Of a stretch of DNA of 64,000 nt, positions 37,565 to 51,885 are shown one piece after another. The notes below the pieces were generated by a model. It searched no databases, was not told the origin of the DNA, and worked only from the letters and a program-made list of their open reading frames with translations. The position numbers and the translations under genes are program-made. The DNA is taken from contig OZ316893.1 in the NCBI GenBank assembly GCA_973895155.1, forward strand, positions 12,106,359-12,170,358. Direction: 5' to 3'. Position 1 is the stretch's first letter. Each line of letters opens with the position of its first letter. The stretch comes from Marsupella aquatica. Taxonomy: Eukaryota; Plantae; Marchantiophyta.

Positions 37565-37569
37565 GATTC

Positions 37570-40500
37570 AGTCGCGAATACAACTTTCACCTACTCGTAA
37601 TTGCTCCGGCGTTGCCTAACTCCAGCGTTGCCTAACTCCAGCGTTGAGCCCCTCTTAGATTTGCTACCATCATGGCCAATAGGGATGCGACTAACAAAGA
37701 GGAGGCTAATAAGAGCAAGGACAAGACTTGAGAAAAGCGCGCTCCAATTTAACTCTATTGGGCCCGTTGCCGGTCACGGAAAAATGAACTATTTTTTCAA
37801 TGGATCACCATAGGGGCCCGAGAAGCCCCACATGAGTCCAATCATGGGGCTACATATTTCTCGGCCAACGGACCTAGGGACCAAAAGTTATGACCGATTC
37901 AAGTTGCATGCTTGTAGTTTGGGCCCGCTGCAGATCACGGAAATATGAACTATTTTTGTGATGATCACCATAGGGGCCCGAGAAGCCTCACATGAGCCCA
38001 ATCATGGGGCCAAATATTTCTCAGCCAACGAACCCAGGGGCCAAAAGTTATGGCCGACTCAAGCCGCATATTTGTAGTTTGGGCCCATTGCCGATCACGG
38101 AAAAATAAATTATTTTTCCGACGGATCACCATAGGGGCCCGAGAAGCCCCACATGAGCCCGATCACGGAGCCGCATATTTTTCGGCCAACGGACATAGGG
38201 GCCAAAAGTTATGGCCAATTTAGACTCGATTAGAGTCGCCGCGCATCGATGGACCAAGAAGGGGTTGCCTGGACCAGAGCGGGTTTAGGGCTGCAACTTT
38301 TAGCCCCCTATGCCACAATTTGTGCTTGAGGCCAAGTTACGGAAGGTTTTCGATTATCTTTGTTTCGAGCTAAGTGGCGGGGACCACGGACCCTCGGGTA
38401 GGGGGCCAAAGATAGGGGACCAAAGCTGGTCCGGGGGTGGCAGGTCCCCAGTAGCATATATGAGGGGAGTGGTCCTCTCAAGTTTGAGCTCGAGCTGACC
38501 GCGATCGACGAAGATACGTCATTTCGAGTTTTGAAGCGAAAATAAGCATAACTCGACTACCGGATCTCCGTTGGGGGAGTTCTTGGGCTCATTGGAAAGC
38601 TAATGAAGAAAGCTACCTCATGGTGCTATCTGATTTTGCATTGGATGGTTTTGGTTTTGAGGTTTGCAATGGGGGGAGTCCCTCTTGCCGATCCAAAGTT
38701 GAACAGTGACCAAACCGCATTTGATTCCCACGGGGATCTGATGTTGGAGAGGTAGAACCAAGTAGACTCTGGGGCCCGCCGTTGAGATCTGGTCCTGATG
38801 CATGGTGAGAGGTTGAGCGGAACCCGGTTTCGCAGAGAGGTAACTAAGATCTAGAAACTGAATGGTCCCGGCGTGTTACTACTAGTTTGGGAGAAACTGA
38901 GTTTGGGCCATGGGCATGTCCTGGAGGCAGGGCGGTCAGCCATTGACGGGTAGAAAGTAGGGAAGCTTGGGCGACATCCGATAGATAGACTGTTCCGGAT
39001 GAACAGTGATATCGACCTTAGTTTCAGCTTATGGCAAGGCCATGCGGGCCTGGAAGGCTCTATCCACTGACCTACTTACTAACGACTGTTGAGCTTGATG
39101 CAAGACAATGGTCTTGGGAGTTCCGAGATCAAGATGAGTTCTTATCGGTTGGTTGGTTGCTTGTGCAGATAGTAAGGACTGTTGAGCAACGGTTGTGCTG
39201 ACGAGGGCAAGTGCGACTTCGTATGGGAGGGGTCGCTAACGACAAGGAGTATAGTTAGAGAGAACTTGCCCCAACATTCCGTGTTAGTGCAAGGTTTGAC
39301 TTGTTTCAAGGCTGAGATATGAGTTTGGACGGGCACGTGGTGGGAGGGTCACCACTTGTGGTATCAGAGCATACGCTTTCATAGACGCCAGGGCCAAACG
39401 TCAAGTTAAGTCAGAATCCAAAAGAAAATAAGCATTTTTTTTGCGGGGCTTTATCTTAACGGCTTGGGCTTGGTGGTGCGACTGAAAGCATTTGCAATCG
39501 ATCTTGGGATGGCCAAGGGGGAAGGGCAAAAGCGACATATCAAGCCAAAATCAATGGCTGAAGTGGCTCAGGCCCCTCCATTCACTCCAATGAGTGGGAC
39601 GTCAGTAGGGGGGATTCATTCCAACCCTCTTACTTTGCCAGAAATCTCTGGACAACGACGTAAGAGTAAGGCAATTGACACGGCCCCCGCTAGCGTCGCA
39701 AGCTTTGGCGATCCATGGGCTGACTACTTTGAAAAAGAGAAAGTTAGCCCTGCCGCTCACGAGCTTGACTTTTCAGATTATGAGCATGATATGAATTTGA
39801 TTATGGACAATCTGGGGCTTGATGGTGAGGACATTGCGGGTGATTCTGAGCCCCCACCAGTCAAGGAAGCCTTTTTAGAGGAGGAACCGGGGACTCAAGA
39901 AAGGAGACCAAAGGAGAGACATTCATCAGGCACAACCATGTTACCAAGTAGGTCCATGACCTTCTTGGACCAGCTGACCGCCAAGTAGCGCCAAATTTAT
40001 TTGGCGCTTGACGTTGACAAAAATGCCCAGTTAATTTACATTTTAAACTTGGGCAAAGAACTTGCCAAAAGCGACGAGGGTGACTGGCCTAATAGAAGGG
40101 GTATGGTGCAAGTCAATCAGTTGCCCACACCCCCGACTTATGATGGAGCCTATGAACAAAGTGGACAAAGTTTTTGGCAATGGCTCACTACTATGGAGAT
40201 CCATCTCCAAGCATGTGTTGCCCCATCCACTTGGGCCTCCGCTGCCGCCCCGTATCTGCGAGAGTATGCCTTAACTTGGTACAAGTCTTGGGCAAAGACT
40301 CTTGAGGCTAGTGGTCAACCGCTCGTTTGGAAAGACATGGTTGAAGGTCTCCAGCTCAATGTCACCACCAAGTATCCGGAGCGACATGCAAAGAAGTGTG
40401 TCTCTGAAATGACTTATAGAGGCGATATACAAAAGTATATTGCCTACTATCAGATGCAATTGGCGTGTATTTCGGAAGGGGATGAAACCCTTTCAACGCA

Positions 40501-43500
40501 ATTGCATAATTTCATTGTCAAGCTTCCACCGTTGCTTCGCGAGAAATTGCAAGATCGGCAGCATGAGTTTAAACAACTCACTAATGCATTTGACCGAGCC
40601 ACGACATTGGTGAACAATCGTCCTGGTTTGGCTAAGGTTGGTGGCAAAGAGCAATCCGAGCTAGTGGAGAGTAAGAAACTCAAAGTTTTTGGTGCTAAGC
40701 ATAAGCAACCAGAGCGAGCGAGTTCAGGTGCAAACTCTCATGGACCTTCCGTCCACCCCAAACGTGGATGGAAGTTTTTGCCCAGGCCAGGTCAATCATC
40801 ATCTAAAAAAGCAAAATGTGAAGCAATCAAGGAAAAGTGCAAATTGGAAGGGCTTTGCTTCGAATGCGGTGAGCCTGGTCATCTAAGTAAAGAGTGTCCA
40901 CGGAAGGGCGCCAAACCTAATCTGGATGCGGGGGCTAAAAGCGTTAAGGTGAGTATCGCTCTAACCAATCCTCTGTTAGATGCTAGAGCTCCTAATGGGA
41001 ATTCCATCACTGATATAGACGAAGTGTTGCTAGAGAAGATTATTGATGCAAAGGACAACAATCCTGCCAAACTTATCCTAATTGAAACGTTAGCTAACAA
41101 TTGTTGGGGTGTTGCTTTGATTGATTCAGGTGCGACTGCCAACTTCATAAGCAAGGCGGCAGTTGAACGCAGCGGAGCAACTATGCACAAGTTGTTAGAT
41201 CCCTTGGTGTGTAAGTTTGCCAATGACACCCAAGGACTCGTTTCAAAAGTAGTCAGACATCTCAAAGTAGAAGTTGTTGGCGAAGATAGAAATTTTGTAA
41301 GTCAGGAAAGGTTCTTTGTTTTAGATGGCTTGGAGGTAGACTTTATATTGTCTATAGGCTACCTCCGTAAGCATAATATTACTCTTCAACCTAGCAAGGA
41401 ATTGCTGATTTTCCCGAGTACGGGAGGTAATCCGATCATTGTACATGAAATTTCTGAGAATAAAGAAAAGTTTCTCCAAGTAAGCACAGTGTCATGGTTG
41501 ACCCCTTGTATTTCGGCCAAGCAATGGTGGAAGAACTTCAAGGGTGGACATGAATGTTTCTTTTTTCATCTCCATCCAACTAAGAGCTCTATGAATAAGT
41601 CTAAGACAACAACGATTGGCCCCGATTGCGGAAAAATTCTTGAAATTTTGTAGGAATTCAATGATGTCTTGTCGCAAAAGTTACCTAAAGGATTACCTCC
41701 ACGGAGAGAAGTTGATCACCAAGTTGAGCTGGAACCGGGTTCGGCTCCTCAAGTGAAGGCCCCTTACCGTTTGAACTTGAACGAACGTGGAATGCTCAAG
41801 GAAGCATTGGAGGAATTGATTAATCAAGGGTTTATCAGGCCTAGTAAAAGTCCTTATGGTGCACCCGCGCTATTTGTGGCCAAGAAAGACGGGACCTTAC
41901 GACTTTGTGCTGATTATCGAGCCCTCAACAAACAAACGGTGAAGAATCGCTATCCGCTACCTCATATGGATGATTTATTTGACTCGCTCTCAGGTGCTCG
42001 GAAGTTTTCTAAGGTAGACTTACGATCCGGTTATTATCAGATTTGTATGGCAAAAGGCGATGAATATAAAACCGCCATGTGTACCAAGTTTGGATCCTTT
42101 GAGTATTTGGTAATGCCATTTGGATTATGCAATGCCACAGCCACGTTCATGAAAATGATGAACACAATTTTTCATGATTTGTTGGATCAAGGCGTCGTTG
42201 TCTTCATTGACGACATCTTGATTTATTCAAAAACCGTGGAGGAGCATGAGCAATAACTAAAGGAAGTGCTTCGGCGCTTGCGCAAAACTCATCTCTTTGC
42301 TAAACCAAGCAAATGTGAGTTTGCCATGAATGAAATCCAATTTTTAGGGCACATCTTTACCGAGGATAGCATCATGCAAACCAAGCCATGACAAGCTCGT
42401 TGATATTCATGATTGGGAACGACCCGCAAGTGCCAAACAGGTCCGGTCCTTTTTGGGATTTGTGGGTTTTTATTGACGTTACATCCAAGGTTTTGCACGC
42501 CTTTCTAGACCGTTAACAATGTTAACAATGAAAAATAAAGTGTTTGTTTGGATCCAAGATTGCAAAATCGCATTTCTTGAACTTAAGCGCCGGATGGTGA
42601 CTCCTTTGATTCTCAAATTACCGGAAGTAGGAAAACCATTTGAGATATGGACCGATGCCTCTGATTTTGCTATTGGCGCTTGCCTTCATCAAGACGGGCG
42701 CCCAGTAGCTTTTGAGTCTTGTAAGCTAGAAAATCATTGGATCACCCCAGAGCGTGAATTATATGCCGTCATCCATGCAATTAAAAAATGGGAGTTCTAT
42801 CTACGTAACGGCCCTAAGTTTGTGGTCCATTCAGATAGCTTGCCAGCGGGGTACTTCAATTCTAAGCCTCGATTGAGTCCCAAAGAAATGCGCTGGCAGA
42901 TGTTCCTTGCAGACTTTGACTTTGAAGTACACCATGTCCTAGGGAATATTAATAAGGCTGCTGATGCACTTTCCATGCAAGAGCATCATTGTGCCAATGG
43001 CATTTTAATGCTTGAAACCGAGTGGCCCATGCTATTGGCTGCCCAATACGCGGATGACCGACTTGCGCAAGAGTGGCAACAAAAGGGGGTGTCCAAGGAA
43101 AGATACGGCACGTGTCTTGGGTGTTGGACAAGAAATATAATGTCAATTTATGGCGATACAAACAGAGTCGCGTCTACATTCTTGAGTCACTCAGATTAGA
43201 GGTTCTGAGAAAGTACCATGACTCGCCTTGGGGTGGGCATGGGGACAACGTTCTACTTATTCAAGTATGTCCCGCGACATGTATTGGCCATACATGAAAA
43301 ATTCAGTACTCCAACATGTGCAAAGTTGTTACTCATGCCAGAAAAACCGAACGATTTACAAGAGAAAAGGAGGACTCTTGCAACCCTTACTTGTGGCCTC
43401 TGGACCTTGGGAGTCCATCTCCATGGATTTTATCCAAGGTCTTCCATCATCCCATAGCTACGATGCCATCTTAACAATCGTCGATCATTTTTCTAAGATG

Positions 43501-46500
43501 GCATTTTTCCTTCCTACGCGCAAGACAGTTTTGGCACGGGAAGTAGCATCAATGGTGTTTAATCACATATTCAGACTTTGGGGATTGCCTTTGCACATCT
43601 TGTCTGATCGTGACTCCAAATTTACGGGTCATTTCTGGAAAACTTTATTCCGGTTATCAGGCACAGACCTTACCAGAGGGTCCGCTTACCATCATGAAAC
43701 TGATGGGCAGACTGAACGCCTGAATTTGGTCCTTGAGGAGTATTTACGCCATTTTGTGAGTGCTGACAAAAAAGATTGGTCAACGCACTTAACTATGGCC
43801 GAGTTTTGGTATAACTCGACCATGCATACGGTGACAGGATTTTCACTATTCTTTTTGGCCATAGGCCGGAAACCTAGAGCTCCGGCCTGGTTCATAAATC
43901 CTGATATTTGGCAAACGGAAAGCAAGGTTCCTGCAGCAGACGAATTCATTCGAGAGCGACATCTAGTGCTGGAAGCAGCCACCAAGGGGATGACCCTTGC
44001 CCAAAGTTGATACAAGGAGCAAGGGGACAAGCATCGACGCCAGGTGAGCTTTGAAATTGGGCAGAGCGTCTGGTTATAATTGAGACCCGAACAATACAAC
44101 GATAAGATAAGTTGGAAGTTGGCACCCCGGTACGTAGGACCCTATCGCATCTTGCGATGGGCTCACAAGGATAATCCAGTCTCTGTAGTTTTGGACATGC
44201 CCAGTTCAAGAGGAACAGGCAAAAGTTACCATGTGAGTCGACTCAAGAAATTTGTAAAGGATTTGGACCCAAATCGGCAACAAGTCCTCCAGCCTGATGC
44301 CTTGCTTGTTGATAATGTGGAGGAGTACGTCATGGAGACTATTCTTGATCACCGATACAAGCGTCGACTCGAAAAGCAAATGCTTGAATATTTGGTTAAG
44401 TGGTCTGGATACGACCAAATGGAAAGCACATGGGAGCCCAAAGATAATCTAAAACACAGTCCCAATCTCCTTGCAAGCTATCGTAAGCGGAGCGGCTTGC
44501 CCCCCTTATTGAAGTAGGGCGATTGCAATTACCTAAGCAAGTTGTATCCTGGTTTCACCACACTTAGCCTCTTGAGAGTGTTCTCAAACCTGCACGAATT
44601 AGTGGTTGTCGGGCAACCACTTTGCTATCCTTATGTTTAAGCTATTTGGTACTTGCATTACATTATAAACAAGTTCGATCAAACCTGTGGGAGTTATCTC
44701 CGGGAGAGATTGATGGGTTTATTGGACAAGGAGTCGGCTTGCCCAAGCATACTGATATCTAACTTGTTTGTTAGATAAGTTGAATTTCTCTAAGACTTGA
44801 GATGCGCACTTCAACTAGGTCCCTATCTACCTTATAGGACGGACCACTTGTTACCTTACATCATCTTCTAGACGCCAATTGGTCTAGGCGTGTGGTATGG
44901 TACCCATTTGGTTGACGCGTACGTCAATCATTAAAAAATGGGGGGTACAAGTTGCGAATACAACTTTCACCTACTCGTAATTGCTCCGGCGTTGCCTAAC
45001 TCCAGCGTTGAGTCCCTCTTAGATTTGCTACCATTATGGCCAGTAGGGATGCAACTAACAAAGAGGAGGCTAATAAGAGCAAGGACAAGACTTGAGAAAA
45101 GTGCACTCCAATTTAACTCTATTGGGCCCATTGCCGGTCACGGAAAAATGAACTATTTTTCTGACGGATCACCATAGGGGCCCGAGAAGCCCCACATGAG
45201 CCCAATCATGGGGCTGCATATTTCTTGGCCAACGGACCCAGGGGCCAAAAGTTATGGCCGACTCAAACCGTATACTTGTAGTTTGGGCCCGTTGCCGATC
45301 ACGGAAAAATGAACTATTTTTCCGATGGATCACCATAGGGGCCCAAGAAGCCTCACATGAGCCCAATCATGGGGCTGCATATTTCTCGGCCAATGGACCT
45401 AGGGGCCAAAAGTTATGGCCGATTTAGACTCGATTGGAGTATTCGCGCATCGATGGACCAAGAAGGGGTTGCCTGGACCAGGGGGGTTACCTGGACCAGA
45501 GCGGGTTTAGGGCTGCAACTTTTAGCCCCCTATGCCATAATTTGTGCTCGAGGCCAAGTTACGGAAGGTTTTCGATTATCTTTGTTTCGAGCTAAGTGGC
45601 GGGGCCACGGTCCCTCGGGTAGGGGGCCAAAGATAGGGGACCAAAGCTGGTCCGGGGTGGCAGGTCCCCAGAAGCATATATGAGGGGAGTGGTCCTCTCA
45701 AGTTTGAGCTCGAGCTGATCGTGATCGACGAAGATATGCCGTTTCGAGTTTTGAAGTGGAAATAAACATAACTCGACGACCGCATCTCCATTGGGGGAGT
45801 TCTTGGGCTCTTTGGAAAGCTAATAAAGAAAGCTACCTCATGGTGCTCTCTTATTGTGCATTTGATGGTTTTGGTTTTAAGGCTTGCAATGGGGGGAGTC
45901 CCTCTTGCCAATCCAAAGTCAAACAGTGACCAAACCGCATTTGATTCCCACGGGGATCTGATGTTGGAGAGGTAGAACCAAGTAAACTCTGGGGGCTGCC
46001 ATTGAGATCTGGTCCCGATGCATGGTGAAAGGTTAAGCGGAACCCGATTTCGCAGAGAGGTGGCTAAGATCTAGAAACTGAATGGTCCCAGCGTGTTACT
46101 ACTAGTTTGGGACAAACTGAGTTTGGGCCATGGGCATGTCCTGGAGGCAGGGCGGTCAGCCATTAACGGATAGAAAATGGGGAAGCTTGGGCGACATCCG
46201 GTAGATAGACTGTTCCGGAAAAACAATGATGTCGACCTTAGTTTCAACTTATGGCAAGGCCATGCGGGCCTGGGAGGCTCTATCAGCTGACCTACTTACT
46301 AACGACTGTTGAGCTTGATGCAAGACAATGGTCTTGGGAGTTCCGAGATCAAGACGGGTTCTTATCTGTTGGTTGGTTGCTTGTGCAGATAGTAAGGACC
46401 GTTAAGCGACGGTTGTGCTGACGAGGGCAAGTGCGGTTTTGTATGGGAGGGGTCGCTAACAATAAGGAGTATAGTCAGAGAGAACCGCCCCAACATTCCG

Positions 46501-46575
46501 TGTTAGTGCAAGGTTCGACTTGTTTCAAGGTTGAGAAACGAGTTTGGATGGGCATGTGGTGGGAGCGCCACCACT
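37570..46575 (+). mobile_element. Ty3/gypsy chromovirus nested in the Copia integrase
   Basis: LTRs 37570-39356 and 44950-46575 with AGT...ACT ends. TSD GATTC at 37565-37569 and 46576-46580. PBS TGGTATCAGAGC 39359-39370; purine tract AAAAAATGGGGGG before 44950. Confidence 0.95.
39509..44517 (+). pseudogene. gag-pol: Chromovirus gag-pol with a C-terminal chromodomain (stops and frameshifts)
   Basis: [44 protein letters not shown]...SDRD...TERLN, and chromodomain EEYVMETILDHR...YLVKWSGY...STWEP. Confidence 0.93.
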
Positions 46576-46580
46576 GATTC

Positions 46581-48256
46581 TCAATTTGGGCTTTCTACTT
46601 CTTAAAAGTGCCAAAAACTTCAGACTTGGCATGTAGAAATGTGATCCACACATACCGTGAGTAATCATCAATGAACGTGACATAGTACAATTTTCCAGAA
46701 AGTGAGGGAGTTGGGGCTGGACCCCACACATCACTATGTACATACTCAAGTATAGCTTTGGTATTGTGAGTTCCAACACCAAAGGTTCTCTTGTGCTGCT
46801 TCCCAAGCACACAGTGTTTGCAAAAATCTAACTTAGTAGATTCCAAATTAGAAAGAAGTTCTTTCCTGCGAAGTACCGCCAAACCTTTTTCACTCATGTA
46901 TCCCAATCTGCAGTGCCACAACTGAGTCATCTCGGCTTGAGATCTAGTTACATTGGCTTCTTCCAAATCACGTTGCCCTCCAACAAGTATAGATTTCTGT
47001 GCCGCTTACCCTTCATGACAACCTTGCCTCTGGTTGACACTTGAAGAATACCATCAGCAGAACTTCACCGACATCCATTTGCTTCCAGCATTCCAAGAGA
47101 AATCAAGTTCTTTTTTATGTCAGGTATGTGTCTGACATTACTCACTGTTCGCACAACTCCATCAAACATCCAAATTTTCACGGATCCAATTCCAACAATT
47201 TGACAAGAATGATCATTTCCCATCAACACGGAACCGGTTGATACTGAGTAAGAACTAAAAAACTCTTTCATACAATAAATATGATAGGTATAGGCACAAT
47301 CTAAAATCCATTCATCACCTTTGTTACTGGATGAAATGCAAAGGGCAACATCTTGACTTCACAAGATTTCATCATCAAGCAAGTCAATCATATCAACATC
47401 AGTGGCTGCGTTTGCTGATGGTTGATGAGTCTGCTTGAGTTGACAGTCTCTTTTCATGTGGCCGGGCTTATTACATTTCCAACATATAAATGGTTTCTTT
47501 TCTAGAGATTTCTCTCTAGACTTGGATCTAGACTTAGACCGAGCCTTCTCCTTGCCTCTATTCCGTGATGGGTATGATTGTGAAAAGGACCTGTTTTCAC
47601 TAGTCATCCGCTATTGAGTCCTCCCGCAGTTGACATTCAACACACTACCAGATGAAGATGGTGTCTGGATATGACCCAGTTTCTTCTGTGCATCATCTGA
47701 CAGCAAAGAGCTTACCACCTCATCATATGAAATGGTTTTGAGGTCTCTATACAAGAGAACCTACTTCAAACCTTGATACGATGGGGGTAAGGAGCTGAGA
47801 AGAAGCAATGCCTTATCTTCATCTTCCACTCCCTTGCCAAGATTTGACAAATCTACAACTGTCAAATTCATCCAAGTGATCTCGAAGCTTGCCTCTTTCT
47901 TTTAGCCTCAAGCTCATCAAGAGAGACTTCTTGTACAACCAATCTGAGGCATCCTCACGGTAGTACTTTTCTCTGAGGGTCTTGAATAATGATACGCAAT
48001 CCTCATAATCGTCCAGCTTCTTAATGATATGCGGCTTCAGATACAGCATAACAGCATTCACAGCAATCACTTGCTCCTGTCTCCATTTCCTCAACGGGAT
48101 TTCCTCCTCACTGCTAGACTCCTCCCAAGTCGATAGCAGATGATCTAGGCCCATAGCACGAAGAATTCCCTTAACTTGCTTATCCCATAGCAAATAATCC
48201 GTGCGCCCATCATACTTTTCTACCTCGAACTTGACACCTCCAAACTTGGATGCCAT
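46581..48256 (-). pseudogene. gag-pol: Copia gag, protease, GAG-pre-integrase and integrase N-half
   Basis: MASKFGGVKFEVEKYDG, CWKCNKPGHMKRDC, WILDCA, LWHCRLGYMS, YVHSDVWGP, FIDDYSR; stops and frameshifts. Confidence 0.92.
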
Positions 48257-51200
48257 CTCTGTCCTGTCGCCATTCTCCACGTGCAATTTCTTCGCTGCTC
48301 CCTTATCCTTTTGTCGCTTTTTTCTTCCTTCCGCCCCGTTGACTCAAATCCAAATCATGAAAAAATGTCATTTTTTGCAACTTTCCAAAAAACTTGAAAC
48401 TTATCATCGCCACGTAGCCCAGAAGCCTAGCAAGCCAACGCTGAAATCTGAAATCGAAACCGAGTTTCAACAAAAAACTTTTTTATGTTTCGGTCGGGGT
48501 GGGTAAAATTCGAAAAGTCTCCCCCGTTTTTACCACCCTGGGGAATAATGAAAATGCCAAGTACCACCCGTCATCGAAATTGCAAATCGAGTGGTGCACC
48601 GCGTTGCTAGCTTCAATGGCTACGTCCTCGCCAAAAAAGATCTAAAAAAGTTACCGTTCGGACCTTGGAATCTTTGACTAAAGGTAAAAAAACAGCTCTC
48701 TATTTTTTCAGAATATTCCCCAGACTGTGCGACAGGTCTCACAGGGGGCCGTTCCCCCTGTCGAAGCGGTTAATTAGGAGGGCGGCAGGTCACCGGATCC
48801 GGGAGGCGGCACAACCAATGAGGAGCTGGGAAAGAAATTATAAAACAGGCATAAGGGGGTTTAAGCCCCTTAACACAAAAAATACTATCTTAAAAAAGGT
48901 GACGGGCCAGGCAGTGTATAGGAGGAGCTACGTACGCGGAGAGGGGGCCGGGGAGGAAAAAACCGAGTCGAAATGGGCAGGGACGGAGCTGCGACGGCCT
49001 GGACGTTCGGGACGGTCACGCCGGCCGCAACATTTGGGACGTCCAGGACGTCCAGACGGCCGGGACGTCCAAGACAGCTGCGCCGGCCACGACTTGTTAT
49101 CGCGGGAGTAATGACGGGGGTGCAAGGTTCGGGAGGGTGTGTATACACACCACAAAAAGGCCCTATTCTAAGGCAAAATGTGCACAAAAAATAAATTTGT
49201 CGGGTTACTCACAATGCCGCTATCACTTTACACTAGAAAATGACTAGTTATCGACGGGAAATGTTACCGAATTGCACCGGCACCGTCTGCAACTCCAACA
49301 TTGTAAATATTTCTGTTGCGCCTCGATTCCTTCACTTCAAGTGCCCATCCTTGACTTAGAACGACCACCTCGTCGTGACCTCTCCGTTAAGCCATAGTAC
49401 TTCGCGATTCATCCCCCGAGCCGAGCGTGACTTTGAGAAACCCGCTTTAGCCAAGGGCTATGTCTCCATAGCCATGGAAAAACCAGAAATGACTCTGTCA
49501 CTCGTTGTGTCGCACTCGGTTCACCCTCGACAACAAACCAGCTATTGAAATGATCAGCTTTGCCCGATCTATAATTTGAGCTATAGATTGTGACGCCTTG
49601 CGTACTGCAAAGCTCACACCGTCGAGAAAACGATCTCAGGTCCCCCCAGAAAGAACCGCTCGGGGGGTTGACTATCAAAAATCTTAGGAACCACGTGCGA
49701 TCCAAAATATGTATTTTTGGCATATTTTAACTAAATTTTTAAAAAGCGTAGGAGGCAAAAGAAGGTATTATAAACTCATGTTTATAGAATATTCTTTAAT
49801 ATATACCTTTTATAAAGTAAAATAGGTTATTAATATTGAAAATAGAGAATATTCATGGAATATTTTCTTTATAAAATAGGTCTATTTATATTAGGCTAGG
49901 ATCGCACGTGGTACCCCAAAATATACACTTAGTTAACCCCCCGAGAAGAACCGTCGAAGAAAACCGTCAAACACAAATCACAAAAAATCCAGAACGAGAG
50001 AAACGTGAATTCCTCCGCACCACGAACTCCGTTCAGAGATTTCTTTGCACCGTCGGAAAGCCTTGCCCCAATCTATCCGTTGAGCCCAACACCTCCAAGT
50101 TCCATGCGACAAAACTCCCTAAAATCCACCGACTCTAACCGCTGGAAAAACCGTCACCAACACGTCACAAAAATTTTGATCACCTCAACGTCACCTCCCA
50201 GGCTTGCTCTGATACCAATTGTTAAACTACGACGTCTTCCTTCATGATGATCCAATCATTACTCATTCCATGCACACGTAGTCGACACAATCTCTACGTG
50301 GTTCACCTCTTCTCCAAGGCTACGTCCACACGAACACTCAAACTTTACTTCAAGAGTAGACGAACACACATGCTCTCCCTCTTCCTCAAGTTGCTCCGTT
50401 ACAATGAGTAAGCACCACACACCAGCGGCTTACACTAGCCCTGGTATATACAAGGTCACACACGACTAACCTAACCTCAACTAAGATCCTAACTGTGGTT
50501 AGCCTAAGTATCGTAACCTATGAGTCACAAGACTAAGAGCAATCCTTAACAAAGAGAACCCCCCAGGAGACGTCCCCCACTACACTTTAAACCCCTTGTA
50601 TACTTTTACCTTTGTACTATTCAAAGGCAAAACACCATCACGAGATATTGTCCATGATCCATGGGTCTCCAATCCGGAAACATCGAGGCGAAAGCTAGCA
50701 TTAGTGCGCTGCTCTACTCCATGGACTTTCACAACTTAGTGAAGTGAAACATCTTAGTCATTAAAGGACAGGAAATCAACCAAGACTCCATCAGTAGCAG
50801 TAGCGGCGAGCCAAAGCAAATTAGGCTTCTGTCTTGATTCAAATTGTTGAGAAATTATGGATGGTTATGAGCCATTACCCCTTGCCAGCCTGGCATGAGG
50901 GTTATGAGATTTTGCCCCCCTTGGCTAGCCTGCCTAGAGAGATATCCAATTTCAAGTGCAAATCTCAGGTCATAAATAGAAATACACTCAGGGCTTGCAG
51001 TGGTTAATCCATGGCCAATCGAGGGCCATCGCTGTAGCCTCCTTGGGCTCATTGCTATATTGGGGATTATGCATAGGATAACAAAAGTCTGGGAAAGGGT
51101 TACTGGGCTATAACCCTATGTCTATAATGTGAGAATAAGCTTACTAGCGGCAGCTAGGAAGCTTCTTCAAACATCCAGGTAGCAGGCTTACAGTCTAGAA

Positions 51201-51729
51201 CCCTGCCCCGACCTCAGTTATGTAGGTAAATCTTGTTTGGAAAAATCTTACCCAGTTGTATATTTGCGAGCACTATGAAAATAGGAGCGGACTAGAAATG
51301 ATTACCCATTAGTAACCTTTACTCCATACACAGTTTACATCCCGTTCTGACTATGGCTGACTAGTCAGGCATTTGTGCCAATCAGGATCTGCCACATCAC
51401 TAGATTACATCTCATATTGCTTAGTATACGGTCTGAGATATAGCATATATGACCTGAGACCGTCATACACTCAGAAATTTCTGGGATGTGCAAGAACATG
51501 CAAGTTAGATTGTTTGTAATACTTTGGATTGGATTTCCTGTTTCTCGTTTGTGCCAGACGATTTGTGGCTTGTTTGTGGCAAGAATGCCCTTAACAAATA
51601 CCAATGGTCCAGTGATGGGACATTATGCACATACAGTCTCCCATATGCCTCCCTGCATATGCAGGTTGACATATGGTCAACCTTTACATGCAGTACTGGT
51701 ACATCTCGGGCCCATTACCATATACATAA

Positions 51730-51885
51730 CCTCCTTGGGGCCATGGGTTACCCATTTACAACAACCTGGAACAAATGCCAGCATTTGGATATTTGGAGTT
51801 TGGGGGGCTATGAGTTACCATTCACAACAACCTGGAAGAAAAGCCAGCATTTGGATATAGCATATGGATATTTGGAGTTTGGTAA
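51730..51885. repeat. ~68-bp degenerate tandem duplication
   Basis: ...TTACCATT(T/C)ACAACAACCTGGAA...GCCAGCATTTGGATAT...TTGGAGTTTGG repeated. Confidence 0.65.

Larger units (their letters stand above)
34592..50551 (-). mobile_element. Full-length Ty1/Copia retrotransposon (Tnt1/Tork-like), decayed and interrupted by a nested Gypsy
   Basis: 332-bp LTRs at 34592-34923 and 50220-50551 (TGTTA...TAACA). TSD AAGAG at 34587-34591 and 50552-50556. PBS TGGTATCAGAGC (minus strand, 50217-50206) and a PPT next to 34924. Domain order gag-PR-INT-RT-RH. Confidence 0.96.
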
